Of a DNA stretch of 64,000 bases, positions 51,846 through 64,000 are shown one piece after another. How positions within the stretch are numbered: position 1 is the first letter of the stretch; every line of letters begins with the position of its first letter. Under the pieces are notes generated by a model that had not been told where the DNA came from, searched no databases, and was given only the letters and a program-made list of their open reading frames with translations. This DNA is from Eledone cirrhosa. Taxonomy: Eukaryota. A program made the translations under genes and the position numbers. The DNA is taken from the NCBI GenBank assembly GCA_964016885.1, contig OZ024743.1, forward strand, positions 234,174,001 through 234,238,000, given 5' to 3'.

Positions 51846-54800
51846 TCCGTAAAATCAATAGTTGTGGCTGTGGAACCAAACCGTGTTAAACGTCAGCAAA
51901 GTCCGCCGGCGAATGGTGTGCTTCGAAGAAAACGAATCCAAAAATGACGATTTGCCGGCGGAGTTACCTTTTCAATCGCGGGCCGGCCGCCCGTGGTCGG
52001 ATCGATCTGTAATTACTGGTACATGTGCAGACACTCATTGGCTATGGGTGGCGTGAATTTCAGCAAGATATCTCCGTAAAATCAATTGTTGTGGCTGTGG
52101 AACCAAACCGTGTTAAACGTCAACAAAGTCCGCCGGCGAATGGTGTGCTTCGAAGAAAACGAATCCAAAAATGACGATTTGCCGGCGGAGTTACCTTTTC
52201 AATCGCGGGCCGGCCGCCCGTGGTCGGATCGATCTGTAATTACTGGTACATGTGCAGACACTCATTGGCTATGTGTGGCGTGAATTTCAGCAAGATATCT
52301 CCGTAAAATCAATAGTTGTGGCTGTGGAACCAAACCGTGTTAAACGTCAGCAAAGTCCGCCGGCGAATGGTGTGCTTCGAAGAAAACGAATCCAAAAATG
52401 ACGATTTGCCGGCGGAGTTACCTTTTCAATCGCGGCCCGGCCGCCCGTGGTCGGATCGATCTGTAATTACTGGTACATGTGCAGACACTCATTGGCTATG
52501 GGTGGCGTGAATTTCAGCAAGATATCTCCGTAAAATCAATAGTTGTGGCTGTGGAACCAAACCGTGTTAAACGTCAACAAAGTCCGCCGGCGAATGGTGT
52601 GCTTCGAAGAAAACGAATCCAAAAATGACGATTTGCCGGCGGAGTTACCTTTTCAATCGCGGGCCGGCCGCCCGTGGTCGGATCGATCTGTAATTACTGG
52701 TACATGTGCAGACACTCATTGGCTATGTGTGGCGTGAATTTCAGCAAGATATCTCCGTAAAATCAATAGTTGTGGCTGTGGAACCAAACCGTGTTAAACG
52801 TCAGCAAAGTCCGCCGGCAAATGGTGTGCTTCGAAGAAAACGAATCCAAAAATGACGATTTGCCGGCGGAGTTACCTTTTCAATCGCGGGCCGGCCGCCC
52901 GTGGTCGGATCGATCTGTAATTACTGGTACATGTGCAGACACTCATTGGCTATGTGTGGCGTGAATTTCAGCAAGATATCTCCGTAAAATCAATAGTTGT
53001 GGCTGTGGAACCAAACCGTGTTAAACGTCAGCAAAGTCCGCCGGCGAATGGTGTGCTTCGAAGAAAACGAATCCAAAAATGACGATTTGCCGGCGGAGTT
53101 ACCTTTTCAATCGCGGGCCGGCCGCCCGTGGTCGGATCGATCTGTAATTACTGGTACATGTGCAGACACTCATTGGCTATGGGTGGCGTGAATTTCAGCA
53201 AGATATCTCCGTAAAATCAATAGTTGTGGCTGTGGAACCAAACCGTGTTAAACGTCAACAAAGTCCGCCGGCGAATGGTGTGCTTCGAAGAAAACGAATC
53301 CAAAAATGACGATTTGCCGGCGGAGTTACCTTTTCAATCGCGGGCCGGCCGCCCGTGGTCGGATCGATCTGTAATTACTGGTACATGTGCAGACACTCAT
53401 TGGCTATGTGTGGCGTGAATTTCAGCAAGATATCTCCGTAAAATCAATAGTTGTGGCTGTGGAACCAAACCGTGTTAAACGTCAGCAAAGTCCGCCGGCG
53501 AATGGTGTGCTTCGAAGAAAACGAATCCAAAAATGACGATTTGCCGGCGGAGTTACCTTTTCAATCGCGGGCCGGCCGCCCGTGGTCGGATCGATCTGTA
53601 ATTACTGGTACATGTGCAGACACTCATTGGCTATGGGTGGCGTGAATTTCAGCAAGATATCTCCGTAAAATCAATTGTTGTGGCTGTGGAACCAAACCGT
53701 GTTAAACGTCAACAAAGTCCGCCGGCGAATGGTGTGCTTCGAAGAAAACGAATCCAAAAATGACGATTTGCCGGCGGAGTTACCTTTTCAATCGCGGGCC
53801 GGCCGCCCGTGGTCGGATCGATCTGTAATTACTGGTACATGTGCAGACACTCATTGGCTATGTGTGGCGTGAATTTCAGCAAGATATCTCCGTAAAATCA
53901 ATAGTTGTGGCTGTGGAACCAAACCGTGTTAAACGTCAGCAAAGTCCGCCGGCGAATGGTGTGCTTCGAAGAAAACGAATCCAAAAATGACGATTTGCCG
54001 GCGGAGTTACCTTTTCAATCGCGGCCCGGCCGCCCGTGGTCGGATCGATCTGTAATTACTGGTACATGTGCAGACACTCATTGGCTATGGGTGGCGTGAA
54101 TTTCAGCAAGATATCTCCGTAAAATCAATAGTTGTGGCTGTGGAACCAAACCGTGTTAAACGTCAACAAAGTCCGCCGGCGAATGGTGTGCTTCGAAGAA
54201 AACGAATCCAAAAATGACGATTTGCCGGCGGAGTTACCTTTTCAATCGCGGGCCGGCCGCCCGTGGTCGGATCGATCTGTAATTACTGGTACATGTGCAG
54301 ACACTCATTGGCTATGTGTGGCGTGAATTTCAGCAAGATATCTCCGTAAAATCAATAGTTGTGGCTGTGGAACCAAACCGTGTTAAACGTCAGCAAAGTC
54401 CGCCGGCAAATGGTGTGCTTCGAAGAAAACGAATCCAAAAATGACGATTTGCCGGCGGAGTTACCTTTTCAATCGCGGGCCGGCCGCCCGTGGTCGGATC
54501 GATCTGTAATTACTGGTACATGTGCAGACACTCATTGGCTATGTGTGGCGTGAATTTCAGCAAGATATCTCCGTAAAATCAATAGTTGTGGCTGTGGAAC
54601 CAAACCGTGTTAAACGTCAGCAAAGTCCGCCGGCGAATGGTGTGCTTCGAAGAAAACGAATCCAAAAATGACGATTTGCCGGCGGAGTTACCTTTTCAAT
54701 CGCGGGCCGGCCGCCCGTGGTCGGATCGATCTGTAATTACTGGTACATGTGCAGACACTCATTGGCTATGGGTGGCGTGAATTTCAGCAAGATATCTCCG

Positions 54801-55023
54801 TAAAATCAATAGTTGTGGCTGTGGAACCAAACCGTGTTAAACGTCAACAAAGTCCGCCGGCGAATGGTGTGCTTCGAAGAAAACGAATCCAAAAATGACG
54901 ATTTGCCGGCGGAGTTACCTTTTCAATCGCGGGCCGGCCGCCCGTGGTCGGATCGATCTGTAATTACTGGTACATGTGCAGACACTCATTGGCTATGTGT
55001 GGCGTGAATTTCAGCAAGATATC
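51846..55023 (+). repeat. Tandem duplication of a 7-monomer block (1589 bp)
   Basis: CAATTG-variant monomers (ORFs 52086, 53675) are each followed by a GCGGCCC plus TGGGTG monomer (52316, 53905) that occurs nowhere else. The offset is 1589 = 7x227. Confidence 0.85.
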
Positions 55024-56839
55024 TCCGTAAAATCAATAGTTGTGGCTGTGGAACCAAACCGTGTTAAACGTCAACAAAGTCCGCCGGCGAATGGTGTGCT
55101 TCGAAGAAAACGAATCCAAAAATGACGATTTGCCGGCGGAGTTACCTTTTCAATCGCGGGCCGGCCGCCCGTGGTCGGATCGATCTGTAATTACTGGTAC
55201 CTGTGCAGACACTCATTGGCTATGGGTGGCGTGAATTTCAGCAAGATATCTCCGTAAAATCAATAGTTGTGGCTGTGGAACCAAACCGTGTTAAACGTCA
55301 ACAAAGTCCGCCGGCGAATGGTGTGCTTCGAAGAAAACGAATCCAAAAATGACGATTTGCCGGCGGAGTTACCTTTTCAATCGCGGGCCGGCCGCCCGTG
55401 GTCGGATCGATCTGTAATTACTGGTACATGTGCAGACACTCATTGGCTATGTGTGGCGTGAATTTCAGCAAGATATCTCCGTAAAATCAATAGTTGTGGC
55501 TGTGGAACCAAACCGTGTTAAACGTCAGCAAAGTCCGCCGGCAAATGGTGTGCTTCGAAGAAAACGAATCCAAAAATGACGATTTGCCGGCGGAGTTACC
55601 TTTTCAATCGCGGGCCGGCCGCCCGTGGTCGGATCGATCTGTAATTACTGGTACATGTGCAGACACTCATTGGCTATGGGTGGCGTGAATTTCAGCAAGA
55701 TATCTCCGTAAAATCAATAGTTGTGGCTGTGGAACCAAACCGTGTTAAACGTCAGCAAAGTCCGCCGGCAAATGGTGTGCTTCGAAGAAAACGAATCCAA
55801 AAATGACGATTTGCCGGCGGAGTTACCTTTTCAATCGCGGGCCGGCCGCCCGTGGTCGGATCGATCTGTAATTACTGGTACATGTGCAGACACTCATTGG
55901 CTATGTGTGGCGTGAATTTCAGCAAGATATCTCCGTAAAATCAATAGTTGTGGCTGTGGAACCAAACCGTGTTAAACGTCAACAAAGTCCGCCGGCGAAT
56001 GGTGTGCTTCGAAGAAAACGAATCCAAAAATGACGATTTGCCGGCGGAGTTACCTTTTCAATCGCGGGCCGGCCGCCCGTGGTCGGATCGATCTGTAATT
56101 ACTGGTACATGTGCAGACACTCATTGGCTATGGGTGGCGTGAATTTCAGCAAGATATCTCCGTAAAATCAATAGTTGTGGCTGTGGAACCAAACCGTGTT
56201 AAACGTCAACAAAGTCCGCCGGCGAATGGTGTGCTTCGAAGAAAACGAATCCAAAAATGACGATTTGCCGGCGGAGTTACCTTTTCAATCGCGGGCCGGC
56301 CGCCCGTGGTCGGATCGATCTGTAATTACTGGTACATGTGCAGACACTCATTGGCTATGTGTGGCGTGAATTTCAGCAAGATATCTCCGTAAAATCAATA
56401 GTTGTGGCTGTGGAACCAAACCGTGTTAAACGTCAACAAAGTCCGCCGGCGAATGGTGTGCTTCGAAGAAAACGAATCCAAAAATGACGATTTGCCGGCG
56501 GAGTTACCTTTTCAATCGCGGGCCGGCCGCCCGTGGTCGGATCGATCTGTAATTACTGGTACCTGTGCAGACACTCATTGGCTATGGGTGGCGTGAATTT
56601 CAGCAAGATATCTCCGTAAAATCAATAGTTGTGGCTGTGGAACCAAACCGTGTTAAACGTCAACAAAGTCCGCCGGCGAATGGTGTGCTTCGAAGAAAAC
56701 GAATCCAAAAATGACGATTTGCCGGCGGAGTTACCTTTTCAATCGCGGGCCGGCCGCCCGTGGTCGGATCGATCTGTAATTACTGGTAGATGTGCAGACA
56801 CTCATTGGCTATGGGTGGCGTGAATTTCAGCAAGATATC

Positions 56840-59800
56840 TCCGTAAAATCAATAGTTGTGGCTGTGGAACCAAACCGTGTTAAACGTCAGCAAAGTCCGC
56901 CGGCGAATGGTGTGCTTCGAAGAAAACGAATCCAAAAATGACGATTTGCCGGCGGAGTTACCTTTTCAATCGCGGCCCGGCCGCCCGTGGTCGGATCGAT
57001 CTGTAATTACTGGTACATGTGCAGACACTCATTGGCTATGTGTGGCGTGAATTTCAGCAAGATATCTCCGTAAAATCAATAGTTGTGGCTGTGGAACCAA
57101 ACCGTGTTAAACGTCAACAAAGTCCGCCGGCGAATGGTGTGCTTCGAAGAAAACGAATCCAAAAATGACGATTTGCCGGCGGAGTTACCTTTTCAATCGC
57201 GGGCCGGCCGCCCGTGGTCGGATCGATCTGTAATTACTGGTACATGTGCAGACACTCATTGGCTATGTGTGGCGTGAATTTCAGCAAGATATCTCCGTAA
57301 AATCAATAGTTGTGGCTGTGGAACCAAACCGTGTTAAACGTCAGCAAAGTCCGCCGGCGAATGGTGTGCTTCGAAGAAAACGAATCCAAAAATGACGATT
57401 TGCCGGCGGAGTTACCTTTTCAATCGCGGGCCGGCCGCCCGTGGTCGGATCGATCTGTAATTACTGGTAGATGTGCAGACACTCATTGGCTATGGGTGGC
57501 GTGAATTTCAGCAAGATATCTCCGTAAAATCAATAGTTGTGGCTGTGGAACCAAACCGTGTTAAACGTCAGCAAAGTCCGCCGGCGAATGGTGTGCTTCG
57601 AAGAAAACGAATCCAAAAATGACGATTTGCCGGCGGAGTTACCTTTTCAATCGCGGGCCGGCCGCCCGTGGTCGGATCGATCTGTAATTACTGGTACCTG
57701 TGCAGACACTCATTGGCTATGGGTGGCGTGAATTTCAGCAAGATATCTCCGTAAAATCAATAGTTGTGGCTGTGGAACCAAACCGTGTTAAACGTCAACA
57801 AAGTCCGCCGGCGAATGGTGTGCTTCGAAGAAAACGAATCCAAAAATGACGATTTGCCGGCGGAGTTACCTTTTCAATCGCGGGCCGGCCGCCCGTGGTC
57901 GGATCGATCTGTAATTACTGGTACATGTGCAGACACTCATTGGCTATGTGTGGCGTGAATTTCAGCAAGATATCTCCGTAAAATCAATAGTTGTGGCTGT
58001 GGAACCAAACCGTGTTAAACGTCAGCAAAGTCCGCCGGCGAATGGTGTGCTTCGAAGAAAACGAATCCAAAAATGACGATTTGCCGGCGGAGTTACCTTT
58101 TCAATCGCGGGCCGGCCGCCCGTGGTCGGATCGATCTGTAATTACTGGTAGATGTGCAGACACTCATTGGCTATGGGTGGCGTGAATTTCAGCAAGATAT
58201 CTCCGTAAAATCAATAGTTGTGGCTGTGGAACCAAACCGTGTTAAACGTCAGCAAAGTCCGCCGGCGAATGGTGTGCTTCGAAGAAAACGAATCCAAAAA
58301 TGACGATTTGCCGGCGGAGTTACCTTTTCAATCGCGGGCCGGCCGCCCGTGGTCGGATCGATCTGTAATTACTGGTACCTGTGCAGACACTCATTGGCTA
58401 TGGGTGGCGTGAATTTCAGCAAGATATCTCCGTAAAATCAATAGTTGTGGCTGTGGAACCAAACCGTGTTAAACGTCAGCAAAGTCCGCCGGCGAATGGT
58501 GTGCTTCGAAGAAAACGAATCCAAAAATGACGATTTGCCGGCGGAGTTACCTTTTCAATCGCGGCCCGGCCGCCCGTGGTCGGATCGATCTGTAATTACT
58601 GGTACATGTGCAGACACTCATTGGCTATGTGTGGCGTGAATTTCAGCAAGATATCTCCGTAAAATCAATAGTTGTGGCTGTGGAACCAAACCGTGTTAAA
58701 CGTCAACAAAGTCCGCCGGCGAATGGTGTGCTTCGAAGAAAACGAATCCAAAAATGACGATTTGCCGGCGGAGTTACCTTTTCAATCGCGGGCCGGCCGC
58801 CCGTGGTCGGATCGATCTGTAATTACTGGTACATGTGCAGACACTCATTGGCTATGTGTGGCGTGAATTTCAGCAAGATATCTCCGTAAAATCAATAGTT
58901 GTGGCTGTGGAACCAAACCGTGTTAAACGTCAGCAAAGTCCGCCGGCGAATGGTGTGCTTCGAAGAAAACGAATCCAAAAATGACGATTTGCCGGCGGAG
59001 TTACCTTTTCAATCGCGGGCCGGCCGCCCGTGGTCGGATCGATCTGTAATTACTGGTAGATGTGCAGACACTCATTGGCTATGGGTGGCGTGAATTTCAG
59101 CAAGATATCTCCGTAAAATCAATAGTTGTGGCTGTGGAACCAAACCGTGTTAAACGTCAGCAAAGTCCGCCGGCGAATGGTGTGCTTCGAAGAAAACGAA
59201 TCCAAAAATGACGATTTGCCGGCGGAGTTACCTTTTCAATCGCGGGCCGGCCGCCCGTGGTCGGATCGATCTGTAATTACTGGTACCTGTGCAGACACTC
59301 ATTGGCTATGGGTGGCGTGAATTTCAGCAAGATATCTCCGTAAAATCAATAGTTGTGGCTGTGGAACCAAACCGTGTTAAACGTCAACAAAGTCCGCCGG
59401 CGAATGGTGTGCTTCGAAGAAAACGAATCCAAAAATGACGATTTGCCGGCGGAGTTACCTTTTCAATCGCGGGCCGGCCGCCCGTGGTCGGATCGATCTG
59501 TAATTACTGGTACATGTGCAGACACTCATTGGCTATGTGTGGCGTGAATTTCAGCAAGATATCTCCGTAAAATCAATAGTTGTGGCTGTGGAACCAAACC
59601 GTGTTAAACGTCAGCAAAGTCCGCCGGCGAATGGTGTGCTTCGAAGAAAACGAATCCAAAAATGACGATTTGCCGGCGGAGTTACCTTTTCAATCGCGGG
59701 CCGGCCGCCCGTGGTCGGATCGATCTGTAATTACTGGTAGATGTGCAGACACTCATTGGCTATGGGTGGCGTGAATTTCAGCAAGATATCTCCGTAAAAT

Positions 59801-62800
59801 CAATAGTTGTGGCTGTGGAACCAAACCGTGTTAAACGTCAGCAAAGTCCGCCGGCGAATGGTGTGCTTCGAAGAAAACGAATCCAAAAATGACGATTTGC
59901 CGGCGGAGTTACCTTTTCAATCGCGGGCCGGCCGCCCGTGGTCGGATCGATCTGTAATTACTGGTACCTGTGCAGACACTCATTGGCTATGGGTGGCGTG
60001 AATTTCAGCAAGATATCTCCGTAAAATCAATAGTTGTGGCTGTGGAACCAAACCGTGTTAAACGTCAGCAAAGTCCGCCGGCGAATGGTGTGCTTCGAAG
60101 AAAACGAATCCAAAAATGACGATTTGCCGGCGGAGTTACCTTTTCAATCGCGGCCCGGCCGCCCGTGGTCGGATCGATCTGTAATTACTGGTACATGTGC
60201 AGACACTCATTGGCTATGTGTGGCGTGAATTTCAGCAAGATATCTCCGTAAAATCAATAGTTGTGGCTGTGGAACCAAACCGTGTTAAACGTCAACAAAG
60301 TCCGCCGGCGAATGGTGTGCTTCGAAGAAAACGAATCCAAAAATGACGATTTGCCGGCGGAGTTACCTTTTCTATCGCGGGCCGGCCGCCCGTGGTCGGA
60401 TCGATCTGTAATTACTGGTACATGTGCAGACACTCATTGGCTATGTGTGGCGTGAATTTCAGCAAGATATCTCCGTAAAATCAATAGTTGTGGCTGTGGA
60501 ACCAAACCGTGTTAAACGTCAGCAAAGTCCGCCGGCGAATGGTGTGCTTCGAAGAAAACGAATCCAAAAATGACGATTTGCCGGCGGAGTTACCTTTTCA
60601 ATCGCGGCCCGGCCGCCCGTGGTCGGATCGATCTGTAATTACTGGTACATGTGCAGACACTCATTGGCTATGTGTGGCGTGAATTTCAGCAAGATATCTC
60701 CGTAAAATCAATAGTTGTGGCTGTGGAACCAAACCGTGTTAAACGTCAACAAAGTCCGCCGGCGAATGGTGTGCTTCGAAGAAAACGAATCCAAAAATGA
60801 CGATTTGCCGGCGGAGTTACCTTTTCAATCGCGGGCCGGCCGCCCGTGGTCGGATCGATCTGTAATTACTGGTACATGTGCAGACACTCATTGGCTATGT
60901 GTGGCGTGAATTTCAGCAAGATATCTCCGTAAAATCAATAGTTGTGGCTGTGGAACCAAACCGTGTTAAACGTCAGCAAAGTCCGCCGGCGAATGGTGTG
61001 CTTCGAAGAAAACGAATCCAAAAATGACGATTTGCCGGCGGAGTTACCTTTTCAATCGCGGGCCGGCCGCCCGTGGTCGGATCGATCTGTAATTACTGGT
61101 AGATGTGCAGACACTCATTGGCTATGGGTGGCGTGAATTTCAGCAAGATATCTCCGTAAAATCAATAGTTGTGGCTGTGGAACCAAACCGTGTTAAACGT
61201 CAGCAAAGTCCGCCGGCGAATGGTGTGCTTCGAAGAAAACGAATCCAAAAATGACGATTTGCCGGCGGAGTTACCTTTTCAATCGCGGGCCGGCCGCCCG
61301 TGGTCGGATCGATCTGTAATTACTGGTACCTGTGCAGACACTCATTGGCTATGGGTGGCGTGAATTTCAGCAAGATATCTCCGTAAAATCAATAGTTGTG
61401 GCTGTGGAACCAAACCGTGTTAAACGTCAGCAAAGTCCGCCGGCGAATGGTGTGCTTCGAAGAAAACGAATCCAAAAATGACGATTTGCCGGCGGAGTTA
61501 CCTTTTCAATCGCGGCCCGGCCGCCCGTGGTCGGATCGATCTGTAATTACTGGTACATGTGCAGACACTCATTGGCTATGTGTGGCGTGAATTTCAGCAA
61601 GATATCTCCGTAAAATCAATAGTTGTGGCTGTGGAACCAAACCGTGTTAAACGTCAACAAAGTCCGCCGGCGAATGGTGTGCTTCGAAGAAAACGAATCC
61701 AAAAATGACGATTTGCCGGCGGAGTTACCTTTTCAATCGCGGGCCGGCCGCCCGTGGTCGGATCGATCTGTAATTACTGGTACATGTGCAGACACTCATT
61801 GGCTATGTGTGGCGTGAATTTCAGCAAGATATCTCCGTAAAATCAATAGTTGTGGCTGTGGAACCAAACCGTGTTAAACGTCAGCAAAGTCCGCCGGCGA
61901 ATGGTGTGCTTCGAAGAAAACGAATCCAAAAATGACGATTTGCCGGCGGAGTTACCTTTTCAATCGCGGGCCGGCCGCCCGTGGTCGGATCGATCTGTAA
62001 TTACTGGTAGATGTGCAGACACTCATTGGCTATGGGTGGCGTGAATTTCAGCAAGATATCTCCGTAAAATCAATAGTTGTGGCTGTGGAACCAAACCGTG
62101 TTAAACGTCAGCAAAGTCCGCCGGCGAATGGTGTGCTTCGAAGAAAACGAATCCAAAAATGACGATTTGCCGGCGGAGTTACCTTTTCAATCGCGGGCCG
62201 GCCGCCCGTGGTCGGATCGATCTGTAATTACTGGTACCTGTGCAGACACTCATTGGCTATGGGTGGCGTGAATTTCAGCAAGATATCTCCGTAAAATCAA
62301 TAGTTGTGGCTGTGGAACCAAACCGTGTTAAACGTCAACAAAGTCCGCCGGCGAATGGTGTGCTTCGAAGAAAACGAATCCAAAAATGACGATTTGCCGG
62401 CGGAGTTACCTTTTCAATCGCGGGCCGGCCGCCCGTGGTCGGATCGATCTGTAATTACTGGTACATGTGCAGACACTCATTGGCTATGTGTGGCGTGAAT
62501 TTCAGCAAGATATCTCCGTAAAATCAATAGTTGTGGCTGTGGAACCAAACCGTGTTAAACGTCAGCAAAGTCCGCCGGCGAATGGTGTGCTTCGAAGAAA
62601 ACGAATCCAAAAATGACGATTTGCCGGCGGAGTTACCTTTTCAATCGCGGGCCGGCCGCCCGTGGTCGGATCGATCTGTAATTACTGGTAGATGTGCAGA
62701 CACTCATTGGCTATGGGTGGCGTGAATTTCAGCAAGATATCTCCGTAAAATCAATAGTTGTGGCTGTGGAACCAAACCGTGTTAAACGTCAGCAAAGTCC

Positions 62801-64000
62801 GCCGGCGAATGGTGTGCTTCGAAGAAAACGAATCCAAAAATGACGATTTGCCGGCGGAGTTACCTTTTCAATCGCGGGCCGGCCGCCCGTGGTCGGATCG
62901 ATCTGTAATTACTGGTACCTGTGCAGACACTCATTGGCTATGGGTGGCGTGAATTTCAGCAAGATATCTCCGTAAAATCAATAGTTGTGGCTGTGGAACC
63001 AAACCGTGTTAAACGTCAACAAAGTCCGCCGGCGAATGGTGTGCTTCGAAGAAAACGAATCCAAAAATGACGATTTGCCGGCGGAGTTACCTTTTCAATC
63101 GCGGGCCGGCCGCCCGTGGTCGGATCGATCTGTAATTACTGGTACATGTGCAGACACTCATTGGCTATGTGTGGCGTGAATTTCAGCAAGATATCTCCGT
63201 AAAATCAATAGTTGTGGCTGTGGAACCAAACCGTGTTAAACGTCAGCAAAGTCCGCCGGCGAATGGTGTGCTTCGAAGAAAACGAATCCAAAAATGACGA
63301 TTTGCCGGCGGAGTTACCTTTTCAATCGCGGGCCGGCCGCCCGTGGTCGGATCGATCTGTAATTACTGGTAGATGTGCAGACACTCATTGGCTATGGGTG
63401 GCGTGAATTTCAGCAAGATATCTCCGTAAAATCAATAGTTGTGGCTGTGGAACCAAACCGTGTTAAACGTCAGCAAAGTCCGCCGGCGAATGGTGTGCTT
63501 CGAAGAAAACGAATCCAAAAATGACGATTTGCCGGCGGAGTTACCTTTTCAATCGCGGGCCGGCCGCCCGTGGTCGGATCGATCTGTAATTACTGGTACC
63601 TGTGCAGACACTCATTGGCTATGGGTGGCGTGAATTTCAGCAAGATATCTCCGTAAAATCAATAGTTGTGGCTGTGGAACCAAACCGTGTTAAACGTCAG
63701 CAAAGTCCGCCGGCGAATGGTGTGCTTCGAAGAAAACGAATCCAAAAATGACGATTTGCCGGCGGAGTTACCTTTTCAATCGCGGCCCGGCCGCCCGTGG
63801 TCGGATCGATCTGTAATTACTGGTACATGTGCAGACACTCATTGGCTATGTGTGGCGTGAATTTCAGCAAGATATCTCCGTAAAATCAATAGTTGTGGCT
63901 GTGGAACCAAACCGTGTTAAACGTCAACAAAGTCCGCCGGCGAATGGTGTGCTTCGAAGAAAACGAATCCAAAAATGACGATTTGCCGGCGGAGTTACCT
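56840..64000 (+). repeat. Distal sub-domain built from a 3-monomer (681-bp) higher-order unit punctuated by GCGGCCC-type monomers
   Basis: The triplet [AAC/ACAT/TGTG]-[AGC/AGAT/TGGG]-[AGC/ACCT/TGGG] occurs 8 times. GCGGCCC monomers lie at ORFs 56856, 58445, 60034, 60488, 61396 and 63666. Confidence 0.88.

Larger units (their letters stand above)
2830..64000 (+). repeat. Tandem satellite DNA array, 227-bp monomer, 269 complete units plus a 124-bp partial unit (candidate centromeric/pericentromeric satellite)
   Basis: The unit TCCGTAAAATCAATAGTTGTGGCTGTGGAACC...GAATTTCAGCAAGATATC (first copy 2830-3056) recurs every 227 bp, as the ORF starts show (2846, 3073, 3300...). Sixteen units are 226 bp. 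Units differ at only a few sites, and I see no non-satellite insertion up to the window end. Confidence 0.99.

Noticed and set aside
186-63860. About 280 copies of a 64-aa ORF (MWLWNQTVLNV...) and its 65/76/85-aa variants as a tandem gene family
   Set aside because: The start codon is TTG, there is no recognisable domain, only 32 bp separate copies, most recurrent variants change the amino acid, and frameshifted copies are amplified freely. This is a chance open frame in a satellite monomer.
2830-64000. CRISPR array or other repeat-spacer system
   Set aside because: There are no unique spacers, since the entire 227 bp is repeated, and there are no cas or other genes.

Overview
The whole window is one eukaryotic-type satellite DNA family with a 227-bp monomer (about 50% GC and 19 CpG per unit by hand count). 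I find no protein-coding, rRNA, tRNA or CRISPR feature. Positions 1-2629 carry the satellite in reverse orientation: seven 227-bp units, four divergent 196-200-bp units in which one segment is replaced by an unrelated hairpin plus T-tract module, and a 228-bp unit. A 200-N assembly gap follows (2630-2829). From 2830 to 64000 there is an uninterrupted, highly homogeneous head-to-tail array of 269 complete monomers plus a partial one. About 15 recurrent variant sites reveal nested higher-order structure: a 4-monomer cassette, 21-, 15-, 20- and 7-monomer block duplications, and a distal 3-mer/7-mer domain. The monomer is rich in dyad symmetry and has a CENP-B-box-like 17-mer in the loop of a 13-bp inverted repeat, which fits, but does not prove, a centromeric or pericentromeric satellite. 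I do not recognise the family or the organism. The repeated 64-aa ORFs are by-products of the repeat.
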